DNA from: Planctomycetota bacterium
GTDB taxonomy: Bacteria; Planctomycetota; JAJSAM01; JAJVHW01
Direction of reading: 5' to 3'
Length of the DNA stretch: 64,000 bases
Assembly (NCBI GenBank): GCA_965248445.1
Contig: CBDFJG010000003.1
Location: forward strand, 1,344,001-1,408,000
Position numbers and translations under genes: made by a program. Below are positions 28,485-37,575 of this stretch, piece by piece. How positions within the stretch are numbered: position 1 is the first letter of the stretch; every line of letters starts with the position of its first letter. The notes beneath the pieces are model-generated. The model did no database searches and had not been told where the DNA came from. It saw only the letters and a program-made list of their open reading frames with translations.

Positions 28485-30764
28485 ATGGCACGCGAGATTC
28501 CCACTGTCGAACTGGCCCGCCGCGTGTACGAGTCCGCGGCTCTGCGTCACGAACGCGGACGCGCTCTGTTCGGCCGTTCGCTGACGCTCGCGGAGAAGGT
28601 GCTGGTCGCCCACCTGTGGGATCTCGAGGCGGTCGACGTCGCCCCGGTACGCAAGAAGACGACCTGCGACTTCCGGCCCGACCGAGTCGCCATGCAGGAT
28701 GCGACGGCGCAGATGGCCGTCCTCCAGTTCATGCGATCCGGGCGCACGGAAGTCGCCGTGCCGACCACCACGCACTGCGATCACCTGATCCAGGCGCGTC
28801 GTGGCGTGGACGCCGACATGGCGGAGGCGATGACGACGAACAGGGAGGTCTACGACTTCCTGCGGAGCGCATCGGCCAAGTACGGCATGGGCTTCTGGAA
28901 GCCCGGCGCCGGGATCATCCACCAGGTCGTGCTCGAGAACTACGCGTTCCCCGGCGGGATGATGATCGGGACGGACTCGCACACTCCGAACGCCGGCGGC
29001 CTCGGGATGGTCGCCATCGGGGTCGGCGGCGCCGATGCCGTCGACGTGATGGTCGGCGAGCCGTTCGGCCTGCTGTGGCCGGGCGTGATCGGCGTCCGCC
29101 TGACCGGCCGCCTGTCCGGCTGGTGCGCCCCGAAGGACGTGATCCTGAAGTTGATGGAGATCCTGACCGTCAAGGGTGGGACCAACCACATCGTGGAGTT
29201 CTTCGGGCCGGGGACCGCGTCGATCTCGGCCACGGGCAAGGGCACGGTTTGCAACATGGGCGCGGAGCACGGGGCGACGACGTCGCTCTTCCCGTACGAC
29301 GACCGCATGGCCACGTACCTGCGCGCAACGGATCGCGGGGACGTCGCGGATCTCGCCAACCAGTACAAGTCCGTGCTGACGGCCGACCCCGACTGCCACG
29401 TCGAGCCGGAGAAGTACTACGACCGCGTGATCGACATCGACCTTGGCTCGCTCGAGCCGATCGTCGTCGGTCCGCACACGCCGGATCTGGCGCGCAAGGT
29501 CTCCGACATGGATGACGCGGTGGCGGCCGAGGACTATCCCGCCGAAATCAGCTACGCGCTGATCGGCTCGTGCACGAACTCGTCGTACGAGGACATGGAA
29601 CGCGCCGCGTCGATCGCACGGCAAGCGGTCGAGAAGGGCCTCGAGGTTCGTGCACCGCTCCTCGTCACGCCGGGCTCCGACATGATCCAAGCGACGATCA
29701 AGCGCGACGGCCAGATGAAGGCGTTCGAGGACATGGGCGCCACCGTGCTCGCCAACGCCTGCGGACCGTGCATCGGTCAGTGGAAGCGGGACGACGACGC
29801 TGCCGGCACGCGCAATTCGATCGTCAGCAGCTACAACCGCAACTTCAAGAAGCGCAACGACGGCAACCCGACGACCCTCTCGTTCATCACGAGTCCCGAG
29901 GTGGTCGTCGCGTACGCGCTGTCCGGCCGCCTCGACTTCAACCCGCTGAGTGACACGCTGACGGCCAGGGACGGCAGCCAGGTGCTGCTGGATCCCCCCA
30001 CCGGCAACGAGCTTCCGAAGAACGGCTTCGAGAAAGGCCACGGCGGCTACCTCGCGCCGTCGGACGATCCCGACTCCGTCCTCGTCGAGATCGCGGCAGA
30101 CAGCAAGCGCATCCAGGAGCTCACGCCGTTCGCGCCGTGGGACGGTCAGGACCTGGATGGCATGCCCATCCTGGTCCAGGCCAAGGGCAAGTGCACGACG
30201 GACCACATTAGCCCAGCCGGGCCGTGGCTCCGCTTCCGCGGACACCTCGACAACATCAGCGACAACATGCTGATCGGCGCCGTGAACCGTTTCGGCGGCG
30301 ACCCGGGCACCGCCACGAACGTCGTCACGGGCGACCGCGGCGTCGGCGCGTCGAAGCTGGCGCGCTGGTACAAGGCCGAGGACATCGACTGGGTGATCAT
30401 CGCCGACGAGAACTACGGAGAGGGCTCGAGTCGCGAGCATGCCGCCATGGAGCCGCGCCACCTGGGCTGCCGCGCGGTGATCGTGCGGAGCTTCGCGCGC
30501 ATCGCGGAGTCGAATCTCAAGAAGCAGGGCGTCCTGCCGCTCGTGTTCACCGACCCGGCCGACTACGAGAAGGCGCGGGAGGACGACCGCGTCGCCGTGA
30601 CCGGACTGGCCGACCTGGCCCCGGGCAAGAGCGTCACGGTCGTGTTCCGCCACACGGACGGCAGCGAGGACGCGATCGAGGTCCGCCACACGATGACGGC
30701 GAAGCAGATCGAGTGGTTCAAGGCCGGCTCGGCGCTGAACCTGATCGCGGCGGGCCAGGCGTAG
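28485..30764 (+). CDS. acn: Aconitate hydratase (mitochondrial-type)
   Basis: DRVAMQDATAQMA, GIIHQVVLENY, IGSCTNSSYEDM, NACGPCIGQW, NYGEGSSREHAA. Confidence 0.95.
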   Translation: MAREIPTVELARRVYESAALRHERGRALFGRSLTLAEKVLVAHLWDLEAVDVAPVRKKTTCDFRPDRVAMQDATAQMAVLQFMRSGRTEVAVPTTTHCDHLIQARRGVDADMAEAMTTNREVYDFLRSASAKYGMGFWKPGAGIIHQVVLENYAFPGGMMIGTDSHTPNAGGLGMVAIGVGGADAVDVMVGEPFGLLWPGVIGVRLTGRLSGWCAPKDVILKLMEILTVKGGTNHIVEFFGPGTASISATGKGTVCNMGAEHGATTSLFPYDDRMATYLRATDRGDVADLANQYKSVLTADPDCHVEPEKYYDRVIDIDLGSLEPIVVGPHTPDLARKVSDMDDAVAAEDYPAEISYALIGSCTNSSYEDMERAASIARQAVEKGLEVRAPLLVTPGSDMIQATIKRDGQMKAFEDMGATVLANACGPCIGQWKRDDDAAGTRNSIVSSYNRNFKKRNDGNPTTLSFITSPEVVVAYALSGRLDFNPLSDTLTARDGSQVLLDPPTGNELPKNGFEKGHGGYLAPSDDPDSVLVEIAADSKRIQELTPFAPWDGQDLDGMPILVQAKGKCTTDHISPAGPWLRFRGHLDNISDNMLIGAVNRFGGDPGTATNVVTGDRGVGASKLARWYKAEDIDWVIIADENYGEGSSREHAAMEPRHLGCRAVIVRSFARIAESNLKKQGVLPLVFTDPADYEKAREDDRVAVTGLADLAPGKSVTVVFRHTDGSEDAIEVRHTMTAKQIEWFKAGSALNLIAAGQA

Positions 30765-30941
30765 CCCCGTGCCGCTGCAGACGCCGTTGTTCACGGCGTC
30801 TGCCCCCTCGTCCGCTGACACGCGGACTCGGGTCGCGGTTGTTCGGACGGACCCGCCCGGCATGCCGCATCGCCGCCCGCGACCCGAGTTACTGAGCGAG
30901 TGACATCGTGGCCGACGCGCGTCTTCGTGGCGGGCCCGTCC

Positions 30942-31475
30942 TCACCCCTTCGTCACGTCCCACACCTCGGCGCCGAAGTGGTCCCAGGGCAGGCGGCCCT
31001 CGTCGCAGGACCCCGGCGCCGGGTCGAATTGGCGGTCCACGAAGTAGATGAGCTGCCCGCGGTCGCTGCGCAGGTTGCGGACCCCGTGGGCCACACCCGG
31101 CGGGATACGCAGGAGCAGCGAGTTCGCGTCGCCGAGCACGAAGCGCCGGAGCACCCCCTCGCTGGCCGACCCCTCCCGGACGTCCGCCAGCACGACAAGC
31201 ATCTTGGAGGCCGGGGGGACATACCAGACGTCCGTCTGCCCCAGGTGAACGTGATAGGCCTTGATCGCCGCGGGCTCCAACTCGCTGAAGTTGATCTGCG
31301 CCGTGGAGAACCCCGGTAGATCGGCGTGGACTCCTGAGGAGAGCCGCCCGAGCTCCGTCATCGAGCCCCCGTCGTCGTTGAATCGACGGAGGCGAACGAT
31401 CTCGACCCCCTCGATGTCCGGAGCGGCTTCGTAACTCTGGACGGAGAAGGCGGATCGGGCTCGCTCGTTCAGCAT
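30942..31475 (-). CDS. rfbC: dTDP-4-dehydrorhamnose 3,5-epimerase family (cupin)
   Basis: DDGGSMTEL, IKAYHVH..QTD, LRIPPGVAHG, DEGRLPWD. Confidence 0.8.
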   Translation of the reverse strand: MLNERARSAFSVQSYEAAPDIEGVEIVRLRRFNDDGGSMTELGRLSSGVHADLPGFSTAQINFSELEPAAIKAYHVHLGQTDVWYVPPASKMLVVLADVREGSASEGVLRRFVLGDANSLLLRIPPGVAHGVRNLRSDRGQLIYFVDRQFDPAPGSCDEGRLPWDHFGAEVWDVTKG

Positions 31476-31525
31476 TTCGGCTCCCTGGAGCCTGGCGGAG
31501 GCTCCATCAGCCTCTATTCAACCGG

Positions 31526-31710
31526 GCCAGGCGGACAGGTGAAAGAGGCTGCCGGGGGCCCGCTGACCGTCCCGTGACCCCGCGTGTGGAAAAAGAGGGA
31601 CCAAGCGGAGGCTTCTGAGCGTCCTAAGGGGGTGGAAGGCGTGCGCGGGCCGAGGGTGGCCCAGTCGGTGCGCTCGAGGAGAAGACCTCCTCCGGCGTCC
31701 GGGACCTGGC
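31526..31710 (+). ncRNA. Candidate rod-shaped structured RNA (6S-like or 5' leader)
   Basis: Nested pairings gccagg/cctggc, cggac/gtccg, gagg/cctc, cgctgac/gtcggtg, cccgcg/cgcggg, gggac/gtcct over 185 nt of intergenic DNA. Confidence 0.35.
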
Positions 31711-31738
31711 ACGCCAGTAGACGAGAGAAGGGCACGAG

Positions 31739-31972
31739 ATGCCGAGAAAGCGCAAGCGAGAGCGTCAGCTGACGCACCAGGAAGACAAGTTCCTCCGCGG
31801 GACCTGGTGGAGGTGCCCGACACACGGGCTCAGCCAGGACCCCATCCACCTGGGCGGTAAGACCTACTGCCCGGCCGACGAATGCTCGGACGTCGCCGTC
31901 CTCGTGCACTCCACGCTCCAGGACCGCGCGGAGAACCGTCGCGGCTGGAACGACGTGGTCGTCAGCAAGTAG
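31739..31972 (+). CDS. Small basic putative Zn-binding protein (77 aa)
   Basis: MPRKRKRERQ; CPTH and CPADEC motifs; purine-rich RBS. Confidence 0.6.
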   Translation: MPRKRKRERQLTHQEDKFLRGTWWRCPTHGLSQDPIHLGGKTYCPADECSDVAVLVHSTLQDRAENRRGWNDVVVSK

Positions 31973-32010
31973 TCGCTCCGCGACTACTTGGACCGACCAC
32001 GTTGTCTTTT
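31953..32010 (+). terminator. Long hairpin + T tract overlapping stop codon
   Basis: acgtggtcg..caagtagtcgc-tcc-gcgactacttg..cgaccacgt followed by tgtctttt. Confidence 0.65.
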
Positions 32011-32138
32011 GGCTCGTCTGCTGACGCAGACGACGCGATTCCACTCGGTCCGCCTCGGCCGGTCTTGCTCGTGCCTTCTGGCCCAACGGCTGACGCGGTT
32101 GGCGCAGTTGGTGTTGGCCCCAACCCAGTGACTAGAGT

Positions 32139-32807
32139 TTAGCGAGAGACGCCGCTCTGTGGGGTCAACGCCGCGGGGCTTGGGTCCGGCGCCGTGGGCG
32201 CACGGAGCTTCCGCCACGCCAACATCGCGAGCGCACCGAGCACCACGGAGTGCGCCACGACCGGTAACCAGATTGCCGGTGCCGAGAACGCCAGCTCGGC
32301 GAAGTCCGTGACGCCCTTGTCCTCGAGACCGGCGCCGCGGGCGGTCAGCGAGACGGTCGCCGTGTCGAACGCCTCGGTCGCGCGCAGGAGACCGGGAGCG
32401 ACGTAGGCGCTGGCTAGCACCGCCCAGCCGATCGCCCGCGCTGCCTCGACGACGAGCGCCCACGGGAGCAGCCGGCGCAACCGCCGTTTCCCGAATGTGG
32501 TAGCCGCTCCCAGAAGCACGATCGTGATGGCAAGCAACACCGCCAGACCGAGCGAGGCGAAGACGAACGGCAGCGCCACGTCGAGCGCGTCGTAGACCGG
32601 GACGAACGCCACGCCGCCACCGTCTGCCTCCCCCTGGGCGAGTGCGGCGCGGCGGACCTCGAGGTCACTGAATCGGACCAGCCGAGGGAGCGTGCCGAGG
32701 AGCACGAGCAGCAGCGCGTGGCCGGCCAGCGAGACGAGTCCGTAGCCCGCGGCGAGCACGCCCGTCCAGGCCGCCGGCCTCGCTCCGCTCGTGCCGTTCG
32801 CGCTCAC
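32139..32807 (-). CDS. Hypothetical membrane protein
   Basis: Four hydrophobic segments; GTG start at 32807 chosen within longer ORF. Confidence 0.55.
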   Translation of the reverse strand: MSANGTSGARPAAWTGVLAAGYGLVSLAGHALLLVLLGTLPRLVRFSDLEVRRAALAQGEADGGGVAFVPVYDALDVALPFVFASLGLAVLLAITIVLLGAATTFGKRRLRRLLPWALVVEAARAIGWAVLASAYVAPGLLRATEAFDTATVSLTARGAGLEDKGVTDFAELAFSAPAIWLPVVAHSVVLGALAMLAWRKLRAPTAPDPSPAALTPQSGVSR

Positions 32808-33077
32808 CCTGGCTCCTCCCGCCACCGAACCCGGTGACAACTCTCCGGGGCGGCAGCCGGGCACCGCAGCGATTTCGCGACAGGCTCTGACCCAGGCCGG
32901 CACGTCCGGTCGGTCAAGCGTGAGCGGCCGGGCTTCCGATGCGAGGCCGGGAGAGAGCCGAAGCGCTCGACTCGTTTCATGCAGCGAGAAGGAACACGAT
33001 CCAGCCGGGAGGGACGCAGCGGCGCGCTCGCGCAGTGCGCGCGCTGCCAGGCGCTGGTGCGCGTGAGCGCGCCGGCC

Positions 33078-34423
33078 GGTAGCGTCCCACGAAGTGTGTA
33101 AATGCCGCGGGCCGGCGTCACCGCCGGCCGGGGCTCCGACAGACGGTCTGTCGGAGTCATCGGCTGCGATCTGTGAGTCAAACCCAGACCACAGGAGGCA
33201 GACCGATGACGCAGGAGATCGTGCGCGACGAGGGGACACTTGCCAAGGTGCTGGGGGGCCCGGAGGGGGACTTCTTGCGGGAGGCGCTCACGCGCTTCGT
33301 CCACGAGCTGATGGAGGCCGAGGCGACAGCCCGAGCCGGAGCGGAGCCGTACGAGCGCAGCGAGCTCAGGCGCGCGTACCGCAACGGACACCGGGGACGG
33401 CAGTGGCTCACGCGGCTCGGTGAGATCGCGCTGCAGGTCCCCCGGCTGCGTGACGCCAGCTACTTCCCGAGCTTCCTCGAGGCGCGCAAGCGCGGCGAGC
33501 GGGCGCTGGTGTCGGTGGTCCAGGAGGCCTACGTGCTGGGGCTCAGCACGCGCAAGGTGGACGAGCTCGTCGAGGTGATGGGCGGCACCGGCGTGTCCAA
33601 GAGCACCGTGAGCCGGCTCTGCAAGGAGCTCGACCAGGAGGCGGCCGCCTTCCGCGAGCGCCCGCTTGAGGGCGCGGTGCCCTACCTGTGGCTCGACGCC
33701 GTGTACGAGAAGGTCAGGGAAGGCGGCCACGTGATCTCGATGGCGGTCGTGCTGGCGATCGGCGTCGCCCAGGACGGCACGCGCAGCGTGATCGGCGTGG
33801 ACGTGGGCCACACCGAGGACGAGGCCTTCTGGACGAGCTTCTTGCGCTCGCTGGTGCAGCGCGGCCTGGAAGGCGTGCAACTCGTCGTCAGTGACGCGCA
33901 CGGAGGGCTGCGCAACGCGATCGGCAAGGTCCTCGTGGGCGCGACCTGGCAGCGCTGCCGCGTGCACACGATGCGCAACGTCCTGACCCACGTGCCCAAG
34001 CAGCAGCAGGCCATGGTGATGGCGGCCGTGAAGACGATCTTCGCCCAGCCGAGCCAGGAGCAGGCGCTCGCTCAGCTCGCGCAGATCGTCGAGACGCTCC
34101 GGAAGAAGTGCCCGAAGGCCGCCGACGTCCTCGAAGACGCGGCCGAGGACGTCTTGGCCTACATGGCCTTCCCGTCCGAGCACTGGCGCCAGATCCACTC
34201 GACCAACCCGCTCGAGCGCCAGAACAAGGAGATCCGGCGCCGGACCCGCGTCGTGGGCATCTTCCCCAACCGAGCGTCGCTGCTCCGACTCGTCACGATG
34301 CTGATGGCCGAGCAGCACGACGAGTGGCAGGCCGCCGAGCGGGCCTACATGAGCAAGACCTCGATGGCCAAGGTAGTGGAGTCGCTCACGCCGCCGCCGA
34401 GCTTGATGAAGGAGGTGGCCACC
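33078..34423 (+). mobile_element. IS256-family element, right end missing
   Basis: Left end ggtagcgtcccacgaagtgtgtaa; no matching right inverted repeat seen; right boundary approximate. Confidence 0.75.
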
Positions 34424-34600
34424 GGGGGACCGCGACCGCGTGGGGAGTCGGCTCCGGTCGGCCCTCCGGGCCTCCCTCCGCTCGTGAGCGCCCCGCGGTC
34501 GAGGCTGAGAGAACGGGCGCTCGATCGGCCACGCAACGTGACTACAATCATGCGGTTCGGAGCTGATCCCGCGTGTGCAAGGGACCTCGCGGGGCACTGA
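33206..34600 (+). CDS. IS256-family transposase (C-terminus reads through into flanking DNA)
   Basis: YRNGHRGR, GLSTRKV, YLWLDA, LVVSDAHGGL, WQRCRVH, STNPLERQNKEIRRRT; RBS aggagg. Confidence 0.93.
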   Translation: MTQEIVRDEGTLAKVLGGPEGDFLREALTRFVHELMEAEATARAGAEPYERSELRRAYRNGHRGRQWLTRLGEIALQVPRLRDASYFPSFLEARKRGERALVSVVQEAYVLGLSTRKVDELVEVMGGTGVSKSTVSRLCKELDQEAAAFRERPLEGAVPYLWLDAVYEKVREGGHVISMAVVLAIGVAQDGTRSVIGVDVGHTEDEAFWTSFLRSLVQRGLEGVQLVVSDAHGGLRNAIGKVLVGATWQRCRVHTMRNVLTHVPKQQQAMVMAAVKTIFAQPSQEQALAQLAQIVETLRKKCPKAADVLEDAAEDVLAYMAFPSEHWRQIHSTNPLERQNKEIRRRTRVVGIFPNRASLLRLVTMLMAEQHDEWQAAERAYMSKTSMAKVVESLTPPPSLMKEVATGGPRPRGESAPVGPPGLPPLVSAPRSRLRERALDRPRNVTTIMRFGADPACARDLAGH

Positions 34601-34616
34601 CGCGTGGGAGGGCACC

Positions 34617-35235
34617 ATGCGCAATCGCGGATCGCGGGTCGTCGTTCTTACGGCGCTTCTCTGCGCGCTCCTTGCATCCACCGCGCGTGCCGACGGCTGG
34701 CGCCTCACGATCTCCGGCGAGCCACGCCTGGATCGTGTCGAGATCCAGCCGCTCGAACAGGCGGACAAGAAGGGCCGGAAGTTCAAGGGCTTCGGGACGC
34801 TCTTCCTCGGGGACGGCACGGAGGTGCCGCTCAAGGTCGTACGAAAGCTCAACCGCCGGAAGGGCCGCTGGCGCTTCAACCTGAAGACGCCGCGGAAGAC
34901 GAGGCCCAGGGTGTCCGTCCGCATCGACACGCCGGAGACCTCGACCGAACTGCTCAAGCTCAAGCTCACCACGAAGATCGACGGCAAGATCAAGATCCGG
35001 TCGGTGGACGGTCACACGTTCGAGTTCTGCCCGACGCCCGAGCCGGTCGGGGTGAGCACCACGATCTTCACTTCTTCGAAGTTCCTGTACGAGGGGCCGG
35101 ACGCAGTGCAGACCGGGGTCACAGACGGCGCCATCCAGCCAATGCAGGCAGCGATCGTACGTGGCGTCGTCCATGAGCGCGGCGGCGCGCCGCTCTCTGA
35201 CGTGAACGTCACGGTCCTCGGCCACACTGAGCTAG
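34617..35235 (+). pseudogene. 5' stub of secreted teneurin-like/YD-repeat protein, truncated by IS1380
   Basis: Signal peptide, Lys-rich module, then KFLYEGPDAVQTGV..GAI....AAIVRGVV...GGAPLSDVNVTVLGHTEL, ending at IS boundary. Confidence 0.7.
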
Positions 35236-36904
35236 CCCGAATCGTTCACCAGCCGGGAATCTGAGCGGGCCGTCGTCTGTCTAAGTGCTCGTACTCGCTA
35301 GTACTTGCACCGACAGGAGCGCCGGCCCGATGACGACAGACTGTAGCCCGCAGGGGACCCTCTTCGCGGGCATCTGTGGACGCACCGCGGTGACGCGCTT
35401 CGACGCCGGTACCGTGACGAGCGACGGGGGCGTGCTGCTGCTCGAGCGGGTCGATCGTCGCATCGATCTGCTCTCGCGGTTTGCGCGCTGCTTCGGGGAC
35501 CACCGGGACCCGCGTCGGGTCGAGCACACGGTCGGCCAGATGCTGCGTCAGCGGGTCTTCGGGCTGTGCGCGGGCTACGAGGATCTGGTGGACCACGACC
35601 ATGTCGGCAAGGACCCGCTGTTTGCCGCGGCGTGCGGCAAGCGCGAGGGTGCTCTGGCCACGCACCCGACGCTCTCGCGGCTCGAGACCACGCAGCTCGG
35701 CGCCACGGCACAGACGCGCTACGCCAAGATCGAGATGGACCAGGAGCGCGTGGACAGCGTGCTCAGCGACGTCTTCTGCGAGGCCATGGGGCCGGAGGAT
35801 CCGGGCCTGCTCGTGCTGGACCTGGACCACTCCGACGTGCGGCTGCACGGCCGGCAGGAGGGCCGCTTCTTCCACGGCTACTACGGGCACTACTGCTACC
35901 TGCCGCTGTACGTCTTCTGCGGCGAGCACCTCTTGCTCGCTCGGCTCCAGACCGCTGACAGAGATCCCGCGCGCGGAGTCGTGGACGAGCTCCGTGCGCT
36001 GGTCTTACGTCTGCGGCGCCGCTGGCCCCGGGCCAAGGTGCTCGTGCGCGCAGACTCGGGCTTTTGCCGCGAGGAGCTGATGGCCTGGTGCGAGGCCGCC
36101 GGCCACTTCTACCTGCTGGGCATGGCGCGCAATGAGCGCCTTGAGCGACACGTCGAAGACGCGCTCGATGAGGCCGCAGCCCGTGCCGTGCAGACCGGCC
36201 GAGCAGCCCGGGTCTTTCGCGACTTTGCCTGGACCACGCTGGGGAGCTGGAGCCAGAGGCGTCGCGTGGTCGCCAAGGCCGAGCACCTGCCGGGCGGCAA
36301 GCGCAATCCCCGCTTCGTGGTGACCAATCTGCCGCCTCGTAGCTGGAGCAGCAAGCGTCTCTACGAGCAGCTCTACTGCGCCCGGGGCGAGGCGGAGAAT
36401 CGCATCAAGGAGCAGCAGCTCGAGCTCTTCGGCACCCGTCTGTCGGTGCACACGATGCAGGGCAACGCCGTGCGGATGGCCATGTCGGCCATGGCCTACG
36501 TCCTGACCTGTGCGCTGCGACGCATCGGTCTCGCCGGCACCGAGATGGCGCGTGCGCAAGCCGGCACGATCCGCCTGCGGCTGCTCAAGATCGGCGCGCT
36601 CGTGCGGATCACGACGCGCCGGATCTGGGTCTCGATGTCCTCGTCGTGGCCCTGGCAGCACGTCTTCGAGCGCTGCGCGCAACGACTGCTGGCATCCCCG
36701 AAGCCGACCTGACGTCCCGCCGCGCCGTCCGCCACACCACCGCCCGGCCTACGGTCTGCCCACACCGCAGAATCCGCGCCGTTTCGGCCGCTCACTCGCG
36801 TTGCCCTTGTGGCAACGACGACAGCATCCGCCCTCGCCTGGCCAAGATCTGACCCTGTGGACTCCGAAAGCACCGTCATCGCGACGTCTCGTGAACAGAT
36901 GCGG
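35236..36904 (+). mobile_element. IS1380-family insertion sequence (1669 bp)
   Basis: Imperfect IRs cccgaatcgttcac / gtgaacagatgcgg; CTAG on both flanks (35232-35235, 36905-36908). Confidence 0.85.
35330..36712 (+). CDS. IS1380-family transposase
   Basis: FDAGTVTSDGG, GYEDLVDHD, HGRQEGRFFHGYY..YCYLPL, VRADSGFCRE, YCARGEAENRIKEQQ. Confidence 0.94.
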   Translation: MTTDCSPQGTLFAGICGRTAVTRFDAGTVTSDGGVLLLERVDRRIDLLSRFARCFGDHRDPRRVEHTVGQMLRQRVFGLCAGYEDLVDHDHVGKDPLFAAACGKREGALATHPTLSRLETTQLGATAQTRYAKIEMDQERVDSVLSDVFCEAMGPEDPGLLVLDLDHSDVRLHGRQEGRFFHGYYGHYCYLPLYVFCGEHLLLARLQTADRDPARGVVDELRALVLRLRRRWPRAKVLVRADSGFCREELMAWCEAAGHFYLLGMARNERLERHVEDALDEAAARAVQTGRAARVFRDFAWTTLGSWSQRRRVVAKAEHLPGGKRNPRFVVTNLPPRSWSSKRLYEQLYCARGEAENRIKEQQLELFGTRLSVHTMQGNAVRMAMSAMAYVLTCALRRIGLAGTEMARAQAGTIRLRLLKIGALVRITTRRIWVSMSSSWPWQHVFERCAQRLLASPKPT

Positions 36905-37048
36905 CTAGGGCGGGGTGGGGACGCGGCGGCGGGCTGGGGTGCCTCCGCTGCGGCCTGCGGCTTCCGCTACGCGTTCGCTTGTCTCGGACCCTCCACCGGA
37001 GAGTCCTCGCGCCGCTGCACGGCGCCCTCGCTCACACCCCGCCCCTAC
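36905..37048. repeat. REP-bounded (REPIN-like) segment
   Basis: Begins ctagggcggggtg, ends caccccgcccctac (inverted); terminal TAG doubles as stop of VOC gene. Confidence 0.55.
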
Positions 37049-37560
37049 GTCGCGGTCTCGGCAGGCGAGGACACCAGGCCCCAACACTCGACCCGGACTC
37101 CGTTCGGGGTCCGCAGTGATCCCTTCTTCATCGGAGCGCCCTCGCCCCAGGGCGCCGGCCGCTCGTCGAACGCGATGCCGCGGGCGTCGATCGCCTCGGT
37201 GCTGGCATCGATGTCGTCCAGCATGAAGGAGAGGTGGAACGTGTCGGACGGTGTCGCGCGACCGCCCTCGGGCACGGGCACGACGCAGAAGAAGTACGAG
37301 CGGTCGGGCGCCGCGAGCATCGTGAAGTCGGGGCTGATCGCGTTGCACTTGAAGCCGAGGCCGTCGACGAAGAAGCCGATCTCGGCCGCGTAGTCCTCGA
37401 CCTGATACGTCATGGTCGCCGTCCAGCACGAACCCCACTTGAAGGGGAACGCGGCGGACGTGTCCTTCCAGCGCTTCTGCCACTCCTCGGGTGACTTCGC
37501 GGTGGTTGCGATGTCGAGGCGCTCGGCCCCCAGTGCGTTCCAGTCGTTCCTCACCTGCAT
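37045..37560 (-). CDS. VOC/glyoxalase family protein
   Basis: YQVEDY...FFVDGLGF; LSFMLDDIDA...RGI; TPNGVRVE. Confidence 0.8.
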   Translation of the reverse strand: MQVRNDWNALGAERLDIATTAKSPEEWQKRWKDTSAAFPFKWGSCWTATMTYQVEDYAAEIGFFVDGLGFKCNAISPDFTMLAAPDRSYFFCVVPVPEGGRATPSDTFHLSFMLDDIDASTEAIDARGIAFDERPAPWGEGAPMKKGSLRTPNGVRVECWGLVSSPAETAT

Positions 37561-37575
37561 GCCTGCCTCCGCGGT

